A stretch of DNA of 64,000 bases from an uncultured Clostridia bacterium (lineage in GTDB: Bacteria > Bacillota > Clostridia > Christensenellales > Borkfalkiaceae): the NCBI GenBank assembly GCA_947632015.1, contig CANRNP010000002.1:17421-81420 (forward strand), written 5' to 3'. A model generated the notes under the pieces. It saw only the letters and a program-made list of their open reading frames with translations. It searched no databases and was not told the DNA's origin. Below, in pieces: positions 1 to 8,661 of the stretch. Each line of letters opens with the position of its first letter. The stretch's first letter is position 1. The position numbers and the translations under genes were made by a program.

Positions 1-1110
1 CTTGTAGGTGGAATGGAAGGAGCGCGTTTCGTATTCGAGTTCGAGTTTTTCCCCGTTCGAACCGTACATCAAAAGGTCGTAGATCTCTTTGGGAAGGTCT
101 TTTACGGGGACGTCGAGCGAAAACCCGAAGTGCCGCGAGAGCGCTCCGAGATACATTTGGGTCACCGTGGAACTGTCGAGGTTCCACCCGCTGATGCGGA
201 TCGCCCCCTCCCGCAACGTCTTGCTCTTGTCGGGGCAGATGAGGTCGGGATCGACGATCTGGCGGAAGCCGAGCCCCGAACATTCGGGACAGGCGCCCCA
301 CACCGTATTGAAGGAGAAGAGGCGGGGCTCGATCTCCTCGATGGAAATGCCGCAGTCGGGGCAGGAATAGCGGGAGGAATAGAGGGTCTCCTCCCCGCCG
401 CAGTCGATCACGACGAGCCCGTCCGAAAGTTTCAGCGCCGTCTCCAAGCTCTCCGTGAGCCGCTTTAAGGCCCCCTCTTTTATGACGAGACGGTCGATGA
501 CGACGGAGATGTTGTGCTTGATGTTCTTTTCGAGGCGGATCTCCTCTTGGAGATCGTAGACGATGCCGTCAATCTTGACGCGGGCATAGCCGCTCTTCCG
601 GAATCCCGAAAGCTCTTTGGAATATTCCCCCTTTCTCCCCCGCACGACGGGGGCGTTGACGAGGATCTTGCTCCCCTCCGGCATTTCCATGACCTTATCG
701 GCGATCTCATCCACCGTCTGGCGGCGGATCTCCCTGCCGCAACGCGGGCAGTGCGGAATGCCGATACGGGCGTACAAGAGGCGGAGATAGTCGTAGATCT
801 CCGTCACCGTGCCCACGGTGGAGCGCGGGTTGTGGCTCGTCGTCTTTTGGTCGATGGAGATCGCGGGGGAGAGCCCCTCGATGCTCTCGACGTTGGGTTT
901 TTCCATCATGCCGAGAAATTGGCGCGCGTAAGAGGAGAGGCTCTCCATATAGCGCCGCTGTCCTTCGGCGAAGATCGTATCGAAGGCGAGCGTAGACTTT
1001 CCCGAACCGCTCACTCCCGTAAAGACGGTGAGCGCGCCGCGCGGGATGCGCACGTCGATATTTTTGAGGTTATTTTCTTTCGCCCCTTTTACATAGATCC
1101 AGTCTTTCAT
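1..1110 (-). CDS. uvrA: Excinuclease ABC subunit A (UvrA), N-terminal ~370 aa; gene runs off the left edge of the window
   Basis: Absent from the ORF track because it is open at position 1. My minus-strand translation from the ATG at 1108-1110 reads [65 protein letters not shown]... This shows Walker A GVSGSGKS and the CPRC / CPDC...CPEC zinc-finger cysteines typical of UvrA. Confidence 0.9.
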   Translation of the reverse strand, partial: MKDWIYVKGAKENNLKNIDVRIPRGALTVFTGVSGSGKSTLAFDTIFAEGQRRYMESLSSYARQFLGMMEKPNVESIEGLSPAISIDQKTTSHNPRSTVGTVTEIYDYLRLLYARIGIPHCPRCGREIRRQTVDEIADKVMEMPEGSKILVNAPVVRGRKGEYSKELSGFRKSGYARVKIDGIVYDLQEEIRLEKNIKHNISVVIDRLVIKEGALKRLTESLETALKLSDGLVVIDCGGEETLYSSRYSCPDCGISIEEIEPRLFSFNTVWGACPECSGLGFRQIVDPDLICPDKSKTLREGAIRISGWNLDSSTVTQMYLGALSRHFGFSLDVPVKDLPKEIYDLLMYGSNGEKLELEYETRSFHSTYK

Positions 1111-1127
1111 AGCAGTATCCGCGTTTT

Positions 1128-1739
1128 TTATCCGCCGAAATTTTTTCCGTCCGAAACTTCTTCCGCAATCTTTCTCACGGCGCGGTCGATCTCCCACCAG
1201 TTTTCTCCCCCGTAAGCGATCTCCGCGGCGCGGCTACGGTTGTGCCGTCCTACGGCGAGCACCGCCGCAACGCCCGCGCTTTGCGCGCCGAGACAGGCGC
1301 CGACGTCGTCGTCCACCAAAACGGAGATCCCGTGCGCCGCGCAGTAGGGTCCCTTGCCCTCATAGGGGATATCCGCCACCACTTCGTCGTAGGGGATCCC
1401 CTTTTCGCCGAGCCATTCGCGGCTCATTCCCGCGGGGTCGCGGAAAAATCCGCGGTAGCGCGCCGTGAGGATGATGACCTCGTGCCCCGCCGCGCGCCAG
1501 GCGGAGAGCGTTTCCGCGGCTCCCTCGCGCGCCTCGGCATTCCGGAAGGCGGCGTCGCCCCCGCCTTCGCGCAAAAACCGCCTGACGTCCTCCTCTTTCC
1601 AGTCGAAGATCTCGGCGAGGCGGTCCGCCTGCGGGCGGAGAGGCAGGAAGGGCAATCCCTCCCGCGCGATATATTCGCTCGCATATTCGAAGCGTTTCAC
1701 GACGTTGAGCGTATCGTCGATGTCCACCGCGATCTTCAT
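1128..1739 (-). CDS. HAD-superfamily hydrolase, possibly a nucleotidase-like phosphatase
   Basis: 203-aa ORF. N-terminal DxDxT motif ([13 protein letters not shown]) and a C-terminal acidic motif (LVDDD). Its ATG overlaps the uvrB stop (ATGA at 1736-1739), and it ends 18 nt before the uvrA start. Confidence 0.6.
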   Translation of the reverse strand: MKIAVDIDDTLNVVKRFEYASEYIAREGLPFLPLRPQADRLAEIFDWKEEDVRRFLREGGGDAAFRNAEAREGAAETLSAWRAAGHEVIILTARYRGFFRDPAGMSREWLGEKGIPYDEVVADIPYEGKGPYCAAHGISVLVDDDVGACLGAQSAGVAAVLAVGRHNRSRAAEIAYGGENWWEIDRAVRKIAEEVSDGKNFGG

Positions 1740-3700
1740 TGTTTCCTCATCCGTTTCCTCAGTTCGTTGATCATCTCGCGGATCTCGATCGCCCGCTCGA
1801 AGTCGAGCTGGGCGGAAGCAACCTTCATGAGCGCCTTTAACTTTTCGATCTCTTCGGGAATATCCTTCATCTTGATCTCCCCCGCCTGTTTCGCCTTGCT
1901 CGTGATGACGAAGGAGGAGCGCACCTCTTTGACGATCGTTTTCGGCACGATGCCGTGCGCTTCGTTATACGCCTGCTGTTTTCTGCGCCTGCGCTCCGTC
2001 TCTTCGATGGCGCGCGCCATACTGCCCGTCATCTCGTCGGCATACATGATGACCCGCCCCTCGGCGTTCCGCGCGGCTCTGCCGATCGTCTGCACGAGCG
2101 ACGTCTCGCTCCGCAAAAAGCCCTCTTTGTCCGCGTCCAGAATGGCGACGAGCTTCACTTCGGGAAGGTCGAGCCCCTCGCGGAGCAGGTTGATGCCGCA
2201 CAGCACGTCGAACTCGCCGCTTCTGAGCCCGTTTACGATGTCTATGCGCTCCAACGTGTCGATGTCGGAGTGCATATAGCGCACTTTGATGTTGTTCTCT
2301 TTGAGGTAATCCGTCAAAGATTCCGCCATACGTTTCGTTAAAGTGGTTACAAGCACCCGCCCGCCGCTTTGGACGGCGGCGTGGATCTCGGAGAGAAGAT
2401 CGTCGATCTGCCCTTTCGTGGGGCGCACCGTAACGGGGGGGTCCAGAAGCCCCGTCGGACGGATGAGCTGTTCCACGACCTGCCCCGCCTGTCCGAGCTC
2501 GTAGGGCGCGGGCGTCGCCGAAACGCAGATGAGCTGCGGCACGCGCGCGTCGAATTCCTCGAAGGTGAGCGGGCGGTTGTCGTAGGCGGAGCGCATGCGG
2601 AAGCCGTAATCCACCAGATTGATCTTGCGCGAAAGGTCTCCGTTGTACATGGCGCGGATCTGCGGGATCGTCATGTGGCTCTCGTCGATAAACACGAGGA
2701 AGTCGGGCGGGAAGTAGTCGAGCAGGGTAAACGAGGGCTGTCCGGGCGAGCGCCCGTCGAAATAGCGGGAATAGTTCTCGATCCCCGAACAATAGCCGAT
2801 CTCTTTCATCATTTCGAGATCGTGCTCGGTGCGCTGGCGGAGGCGTTGCGCTTCGAGCAGTTTTCCCGCGTCCTCGAACGCCTTCACCTCCCCTTCGAGG
2901 TCCTCCGCGATCATGGAGAGGGCGGTGGCGAGCCGCTCGCTTCCCACCGCATAGTGGCTGGCGGGAAAGATGACGGCGTGCGAGAGGGAAGAGACGACCT
3001 TCCCCGTAACGACGTCCTCTTCCCCGATGGAATCGATCTCGTCGCCGAAAAACTCCACACGGATCGCAACTTCGGAGTTGGACGCGGGGAAAATTTCGAC
3101 CACGTCCCCGCGGACGCGGAAGGTGGAGCGCTTGAAATCCATATCCCCGCGGGAATAGTGGATCTCCACGAGACGGCGCAACAGCTCGTCCCGCGAGAGC
3201 TCCTGTCCGGGGCGGAGAGAAACGCCGAGGCGGAAAAATTCTTCGGGCGCGCCCAAGCCGTAGATGCAGGAGACGGAGCTCACCACGATCACGTCGTCCC
3301 GCTCCCCCAGAGAACAGGTGGCGGCGTTGCGGAGCTTGTCGATCTCGTCGTTCATCGAAAGGTCTTTCTCGATGTAAGTATCGGTAGAGGGAATGTAGCT
3401 CTCCGGCTGATAATAATCGTAATACGAGACGAAATATTCCACGCGGTTTTCGGGGAAGAACTCGCGGAATTCCCCCGCGAGCTGGGCGGCGAGCGTCTTG
3501 TTGTGCGCGATGACAAGGGTGGGACGTCCTACATTTTTGATGACGTTCGCCATTGTAAAGGTCTTTCCGCTCCCCGTCACCCCGACGAGCACCTGCGTGC
3601 GGATGCCGTCGAGAACGCCCTCGGTGAGCTTCTCGATCGCTTCGGGCTGATCGCCCGTGGGGGCGAACGGCGATACGAGTTTATATTCGTGATGTTCCAT
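1736..3700 (-). CDS. uvrB: Excinuclease ABC subunit B (UvrB)
   Basis: ORF 1736..3724. [25 protein letters not shown]..., helicase Walker [13 protein letters not shown], and a C-terminal UVR domain ([14 protein letters not shown]). I chose the start at 3700 because GGGGGAG lies about 8 nt upstream. The ATG at 3724 is the alternative. Confidence 0.95.
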   Translation of the reverse strand: MEHHEYKLVSPFAPTGDQPEAIEKLTEGVLDGIRTQVLVGVTGSGKTFTMANVIKNVGRPTLVIAHNKTLAAQLAGEFREFFPENRVEYFVSYYDYYQPESYIPSTDTYIEKDLSMNDEIDKLRNAATCSLGERDDVIVVSSVSCIYGLGAPEEFFRLGVSLRPGQELSRDELLRRLVEIHYSRGDMDFKRSTFRVRGDVVEIFPASNSEVAIRVEFFGDEIDSIGEEDVVTGKVVSSLSHAVIFPASHYAVGSERLATALSMIAEDLEGEVKAFEDAGKLLEAQRLRQRTEHDLEMMKEIGYCSGIENYSRYFDGRSPGQPSFTLLDYFPPDFLVFIDESHMTIPQIRAMYNGDLSRKINLVDYGFRMRSAYDNRPLTFEEFDARVPQLICVSATPAPYELGQAGQVVEQLIRPTGLLDPPVTVRPTKGQIDDLLSEIHAAVQSGGRVLVTTLTKRMAESLTDYLKENNIKVRYMHSDIDTLERIDIVNGLRSGEFDVLCGINLLREGLDLPEVKLVAILDADKEGFLRSETSLVQTIGRAARNAEGRVIMYADEMTGSMARAIEETERRRRKQQAYNEAHGIVPKTIVKEVRSSFVITSKAKQAGEIKMKDIPEEIEKLKALMKVASAQLDFERAIEIREMINELRKRMRKQ

Positions 3701-3778
3701 TTTTTCGCTCCCCCCAACAAACATTCGTTTATAATATAATAGCCCTTTCGGGCGGAAATGTCAAGCAAAAACAGAGTT

Positions 3779-4150
3779 TCAGCCGAAGATCATGCGGAGC
3801 AGGATCCCGACGACGAAGGTGATGACCGCGCCGAGCGCCGCGACCGCAAAGCGGAAAAATACCCCCCGTTTGCGCTGGTAATCGCGGCGGCGGTAACTCA
3901 GCCCCGCCTCGTGCATGAGGATGACGTACGTCTTTTCTCCCCTGCGCTCCGATTCGACGAATTCGAAATACCCGTCGAGGGCGAGGCTGTTGAGCGTGCG
4001 TTCCAACACTGCCTCGTCGTATTTCCCCTTTGCGGGAAGGACCGCCGTGAGCTCGCAGGGGGCGACCAAAAACCGCTCTTTGCCGCCGGAGAGCTCGAAT
4101 ACGGCGTTCATCACTTCGTTTTCGCGCCTGTTGAGCCGATCGCTGATCAT
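3779..4150 (-). CDS. Small membrane-anchored protein (soluble N-domain plus C-terminal TM helix), paralog of the upstream gene
   Basis: Internal ATG at 4148-4150 of ORF 3779..4567 gives a 123-aa product: MISDRLNRRENEVMNAVFEL...FAVAALGAVITFVVGILLRMIFG. It has the same architecture and size as 4147..4521, and start and stop overlap (ATGA). Confidence 0.5.
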   Translation of the reverse strand: MISDRLNRRENEVMNAVFELSGGKERFLVAPCELTAVLPAKGKYDEAVLERTLNSLALDGYFEFVESERRGEKTYVILMHEAGLSYRRRDYQRKRGVFFRFAVAALGAVITFVVGILLRMIFG

Positions 4151-4521
4151 ATTCCCCCCGCGAATAAGGCGATCGCAAAGGCGATGAGCGAGCCCAAAAA
4201 TGCGCCCAAAAACCCGCCGAGCGCAGACATGAAAACGACAGCCGCGCGGCGGCGCGCCCCCTCGCGGCGGTTTTCTTTGAGCGTTTCGAAATAGAGCCGT
4301 CCCTCGGACAGCGGGCAGAGGCAATACACCCCCTCGTCCGCATATTTCACGTCGATATAGCGGCGCTCCGAAAGATAGGAGAGCATCTTTTTGAGCTCTT
4401 CCCGCGAGACGTCCCCCGAAAAACAGGAGAGGAGCTCCTTCTCTTCGGCGATCTTGAACCCGCCCTCGCCGCAAAATTCGTTGATTTTTTCGAGCAACGC
4501 GCTCGTTCTCTCGTCCAGCAT
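4147..4521 (-). CDS. Small membrane-anchored protein (soluble N-domain plus C-terminal TM helix)
   Basis: 124-aa ORF MLDERTSALLEKINEFCGEGG...VVFMSALGGFLGAFLGSLIAFAIALFAGGI. Hydrophobic C-terminal helix. No family recognised. Confidence 0.5.
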   Translation of the reverse strand: MLDERTSALLEKINEFCGEGGFKIAEEKELLSCFSGDVSREELKKMLSYLSERRYIDVKYADEGVYCLCPLSEGRLYFETLKENRREGARRRAAVVFMSALGGFLGAFLGSLIAFAIALFAGGI

Positions 4522-4611
4522 ACCTTATCCGCAGATAGTATGGACGTCGGACGCGCAGAAAATGCAACTTGGGGCGCGCTGCGGGCGTTTTCCGCCGGAA
4601 AAAGGCGGGAA

Positions 4612-6237
4612 CTATTTATTGAAATTGTCTTTGAGGGAGACGATCTCCGAGAGGACGAGCTTGCCGTTTTCGGTACATTTTTTATAGTACCCCGTGCGCA
4701 TGAGCTGGAAGGGCGCGCCCTCTTCCGCTTCGGCAAGATAGGGCTCCGCCTTGCCAAAGAAGATGTGTTCGCTGTTTTCGTTCATCCGTTCGGAGAAATC
4801 CTGCCCCGCGTAGTCCGCGTCGCGCAGAAGATGTTCGTAGCGGCGGATCTCCGCGTCCTTGCAGGTCTTGGCGTCTACCCACTGGATGACCCCCTTCGCC
4901 TTGACGCCGCTCGTATCCGAGCCGCTGCGCGAATCGGGCAGATAGGTCGCTTTTACTTCGACGACGTTCCCCTTCCCGTCGGTGACCGCCTCGTCGCAAC
5001 GCACGATGTAGGCGTTTTTGAGGCGTACATAGCCGCCGATCTTGCCGCGGTAGTATTTGGGCGGCGGGTCGAGGGAGAAATCGCTCCGCTCGATGTAGAG
5101 TTCGCCCGAAAAGCGCACCTTGCGCGTGCCGGCGTTGCTGTCCGTCTGGTTGATCTCGAAGTCTACCTCTTCGCTTCCCTCATAGTTGACGAGGGTGAGC
5201 TTTATGGGGTCGAGCACGGACATGGCGCGGGGGGCGTGGACGTTGAGATAGTCCCGCACGACCGCCTCGAAGTAGGAGATCTCGCACTCGGAGTTTGCCT
5301 TGGCAACGCCGATACGGGAGCAGAAATCTTTGATCGCTTCGGCGGGGATGCCGCGGTTGCGGAGCCCCGCGAGGGTGGGCATCCGCGGGTCGTCCCAGCC
5401 GTGGACGGAGCCGTCCTCAACGAGCTTTTTGAGGTAACGTTTGCTCATGACGAGGTTGGTGACGTTGAGCCGCGCAAACTCGATCTGCCGCGGCTTGGGA
5501 GAAAAGCCCAGATTGATCCCCACCCAGTCGTAGAGCGGGCGGTGATCTTCGAATTCGAGGGTGCAGAGGGAATGGGTCACCCCTTGCAGATAATCGCAGA
5601 TGGGGTGGGCGTAGTCGTACATCGGGTAAATGCACCACTTGTCCCCCGTTCTGTGGTGGGTGGCGTGCAAAATGCGGTAGATGACGGGATCGCGCATGTT
5701 CACGTTGGGCGAGGACATGTCGATCTTGGCGCGGAGACACTTTTCGCCGTCCGCGTATTTGCCGTCCCGCATTTCGCGGAAGAGTTTGAGATTTTCCTCG
5801 GCGGTGCGGTTCCGATAAGGGCTCTCCTTGCCGGGTTCGGTGAGGGTGCCGCGGGTATTTTTGATCTCCTCGGCGGAAAGGTCGCACACGAACGCCTTGC
5901 CGTCAAGGATGAGTTTTTCGGCATATTCGTAAATGGTGTCGAAAAAGTCGGAGGCATAGCACTCGCGCGCCCATTCGTAGCCGAGGAAGCGGATATCCCG
6001 CTTGATCGCGTCGACATATTCCGTCTTTTCCTTGCTCGGATTCGTGTCGTCGAAAAAGAGGTTGCATTTGCCGCCGTATTTTTCCGCCGTGCCGAAGTTG
6101 ACGAACATGCTCTTGGCGTGCCCGATATGGAGATACCCGTTGGGTTCGGGCGGGAAGCGGGTTTGGATGCTTGTCACTTTGCCCGATTTGAGGTCGTCCT
6201 CGATGATTTGCTGAATAAAGTTTTCGGCTTCTGCCAT
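4612..6237 (-). CDS. glnS: Glutamine--tRNA ligase (GlnRS)
   Basis: 541 aa. RFPPEPNGYLHIGHAKS (HIGH motif), LVMSKR (KMSKS-type motif), and overall GlnRS-like sequence. Confidence 0.93.
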   Translation of the reverse strand: MAEAENFIQQIIEDDLKSGKVTSIQTRFPPEPNGYLHIGHAKSMFVNFGTAEKYGGKCNLFFDDTNPSKEKTEYVDAIKRDIRFLGYEWARECYASDFFDTIYEYAEKLILDGKAFVCDLSAEEIKNTRGTLTEPGKESPYRNRTAEENLKLFREMRDGKYADGEKCLRAKIDMSSPNVNMRDPVIYRILHATHHRTGDKWCIYPMYDYAHPICDYLQGVTHSLCTLEFEDHRPLYDWVGINLGFSPKPRQIEFARLNVTNLVMSKRYLKKLVEDGSVHGWDDPRMPTLAGLRNRGIPAEAIKDFCSRIGVAKANSECEISYFEAVVRDYLNVHAPRAMSVLDPIKLTLVNYEGSEEVDFEINQTDSNAGTRKVRFSGELYIERSDFSLDPPPKYYRGKIGGYVRLKNAYIVRCDEAVTDGKGNVVEVKATYLPDSRSGSDTSGVKAKGVIQWVDAKTCKDAEIRRYEHLLRDADYAGQDFSERMNENSEHIFFGKAEPYLAEAEEGAPFQLMRTGYYKKCTENGKLVLSEIVSLKDNFNK

Positions 6238-6340
6238 AACATTTCTCCTTGTACGCCGCCATTATAGCACATTTGCGGAAAAAGCGATAGCGTTTGAACG
6301 GGGAAGATGAGAAAAAATAAACAATGAGAACGACTGATAT

Positions 6341-6857
6341 AATGTCACCCTGAGCCGCTTCTAATATGTCACCCTGAGCCGCCGAGCGGAGCGAGGCGTG
6401 TCGAAGGGTCGCCGCAGTCTTAACGCTAAGGCGATTCCTACTTCGCACTTCGTGCTCGTGCCGCGCTTAGAGAATCAGAACTTCGCGCGGGGCGACAAGC
6501 TCAACATGACGAATTAAGAAATGTTCCAAATCCGTCACCCTGAGCGAAGCGTAGCGAAGTCGAAGGGTCGCCGCAGTGTTTTTTGTTGTCCCCCAACTTG
6601 TTTGGGGGAAAGTGGCGAACGCAGTGAGCCGAAAGGGGGACGCTTGCCCTCTCCTTGAGGAGAGGGTGCCGCAGGCGGGTGTGGTGGGCTACCACCAAGA
6701 TCGCGTCAATGCGGAATGACATATCAAGAACAAAGGACACCACCTCAGTCACCTACGGTGACAGCTCCTCCTCGAAGGAGGCGCCAGAAAGAACTGCCCC
6801 CTTCCCTACACAAGTTTGGGGGAGGCAAGAATTAAAACGGGTCGCCTAACGCTAAAA
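6341..6857. repeat. Intergenic mosaic repeat cluster 1 (hairpin modules, REP/BIME-like)
   Basis: Contains GTCACCCTGAGCC...GTCGAAGGGTCGCCGCAGT (module A, about 2.5 copies). Also contains module B (GGCGATTCCTACTTCGCACTTCGTGCTCGTGCCG...GCTCAACATGAC) and the hairpins CCCCCAACTTGTTTGGGGG, CCCTCTCCTTGAGGAGAGGG and GTCACctacgGTGAC. The same modules recur at 7846-8660, 23290-24112 and 61236-61680. Confidence 0.85.
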
Positions 6858-7164
6858 AAGCAAATAAAAAACGGCGCAAAGCGCCGCGCTCCAAATGTAC
6901 GTAGAATACATTATTCTATGTACTTCTTTCGGATATAGATTACACCTTTTCCCCCTATTTGTCAACTAAAACGCTTTGTTTTTTCAAAAAATATAAAAAT
7001 TGTTTAAGAAATTTGCCCGATTTTGTCTCCGTATCCCCCTTCCGCCCGAAATTATGACCGTAGAATAATGTAATCTGTGTACTTTCGGAAAAACGGTATG
7101 ATCGCCGTATCGTCCCTGCGGCGACTATATAAAAAATCATGATTTTTTAAGGAGACAGAAAAAA

Positions 7165-7602
7165 ATGAACAGATTCAAAAGCAAGAAAGGGTTCACCCTT
7201 GCCGAACTCCTGATCGTTGTTGCGATCATCGCAGTTCTCGTCGCCATCGCTGTCCCGCTGTTTGTGAACGGCTTGAAAAAGGCACAGGATGCGCGCGATG
7301 ACGCGAACGTCCGCAATATCAGAACTGCCGGCGTTGTTTATATTCTTAACACCGATAAGGATAAAGACACTACTAACGCTGTGTATCAGGAAGATGGCAC
7401 TCTCTACGACTACTACAAGGTTACAGCAACCATTACCACGAGCGGTGACATCATTGCCAATACGCTGACAGTTACGCATGTGACAGCAAAAGGTACTGAC
7501 GAAGGTTGCAAAGCGACTGTAAGTAAGGAAAATGAAGCAAAGGGCGGTTGGGACGTTATTGCTTATCTGTCTGCGCTTGATATCTCCGGAGCAGGCGAAT
7601 AA
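7165..7602 (+). CDS. Prepilin-type (type IV pilin / pseudopilin-like) protein, orphan
   Basis: 145 aa. N-terminus MNRFKSKKGFTLAELLIVVAIIAVLVAIAVPLF is the prepilin cleavage/methylation motif (G|FTLxE) plus a hydrophobic helix. AAGGAG lies 10 nt upstream. Codon usage is visibly more A/T-rich at third positions than in neighbouring genes. No pilus assembly genes nearby. Confidence 0.8.
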   Translation: MNRFKSKKGFTLAELLIVVAIIAVLVAIAVPLFVNGLKKAQDARDDANVRNIRTAGVVYILNTDKDKDTTNAVYQEDGTLYDYYKVTATITTSGDIIANTLTVTHVTAKGTDEGCKATVSKENEAKGGWDVIAYLSALDISGAGE

Positions 7603-7804
7603 CGCTTGGCAATGCTCCGCTTCCTAAGTGGGACGAAGGAGCGGACAAACTTCAAAAGCAACGCGGCGTAAGCCGCGAAGCCGAACCCGTATCCGACAGG
7701 GATGTAAAGATACGGGCGGGCGACGTCCGATAGTAAAGCCCCGAAAGAGCAAGTTCTCTTTATTCTTTTCAACAGGCTTGCACCTTTCGGATCGGACAGA
7801 GCCT

Positions 7805-7840
7805 AACGGGACGTTCTCACGAACGTCCCGTTCTTTTTTT
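7805..7840 (+). terminator. Rho-independent terminator
   Basis: AACGGGACGTTC-tcac-GAACGTCCCGTT (12-bp stem) followed by CTTTTTTT. Confidence 0.8.
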
Positions 7841-7845
7841 GCCGA

Positions 7846-8660
7846 GGGGGTGTTTGGATTCACGACACCCCTTCCGTCACGCGCTATGCGCGTGACACCC
7901 ACCCCTCAAGGGGTGGGCAAGAGTATTTCGCGTTCTCAATCCGTCACCCTGAGCCGCCGAGCATAGCGAGGCGTGTCGAAGGGTCGCCGCAGTGTTTCTT
8001 GGCTCCTCCTTTGAGGAGGAGCTGGCGCCGAAGGCGGCTGAGGTGGTGGCATTTTAGAACAAAGGACACCACCCCCTGTTTTGGCGGCAGGTACCGCCAA
8101 AACCCCGTCGCGTTTGCCAACGCTCCTGTCGCGGTGCCCCTCACAGCCCGCAGGGCTGTTGAGAGAACGGCACCGCGACACCCCCTCCTTGGAGGGGGCA
8201 AATATGTCACCCTGAGCTTGTCGAAGGGTCTCCACAGTCTTAACACTAAGGCGATTCCTCGACTACGCTCGGAATGACAATTAAGAAATGTTCTAAAACG
8301 TCACCCTGAGCCGCCGAGCATAGCGAGGCGTGTCGAAGGGTCGCCGCAGTCTTAACACTAAGGCGATGTTTCGACTACGGCTAACGCCTTCGCTCAACAT
8401 GACGGATTAGGAAATGTTCTAAAACGTCACCCTGAGCCGCCGAGCATAGCGAGGCGTGTCGAAGGGTCGCCGCAGTATTCTGAAAAAAATTAACGCTAAG
8501 GCGATGTTTCGACTACGGCTAACGCCTTCGCTCAACATGACGGATTAGGAAGGCGATTCCTACTTCGCACTTCGTGCTCGTGCCGTGCTTAGAGAAACAG
8601 AACAGCGTACGGGGCGACAAGCTCAACATGACATAATTAGAACAGGTCGCCGCAGTTGAT
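7846..8660. repeat. Intergenic mosaic repeat cluster 2, including a head-to-tail array with a ~126-bp period (8206-8660)
   Basis: Module A starts at 7943, 8206 (short form), 8300 and 8426. Units 8300-8425 and 8426-~8550 are near-identical. Also contains the hairpins GTCACGCGCtatGCGCGTGAC, CCCACCCCTCAAGGGGTGGG, TTTTGGCGGcaggtaCCGCCAAAA and CACAGCCCgcaGGGCTGTTG. Module B is at 8551-8640. Confidence 0.88.
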
Positions 8661-8661
8661 T

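Noticed and set aside
2369-3739. Long antisense ORFs opposite real genes: 2369..3739, 4540..6267, 17955..20252, 24090..25610, 32574..34358, 47516..48877, 49772..50917, 52330..53931, 54932..56164, 57712..59526, 59360..61207
   Set aside because: These are shadow ORFs, typical of a ~60% G+C genome. Their translations are low-complexity and Arg/Gly/Ala/Val/His-rich, with no recognisable motifs. The opposite strand encodes proteins with clear conserved motifs (UvrB, GlnRS, AlaRS, PEPCK, FtsH, ParB and others).
7846-8660. Possible CRISPR array, suggested by regularly recurring ~50-nt module A copies
   Set aside because: The sequences between the repeats are themselves repeated modules, not unique spacers. 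The period is ~126 bp, and the repeat is ~50 nt and imperfect. The same modules occur inverted at other loci. No cas genes or leader are present in the window.
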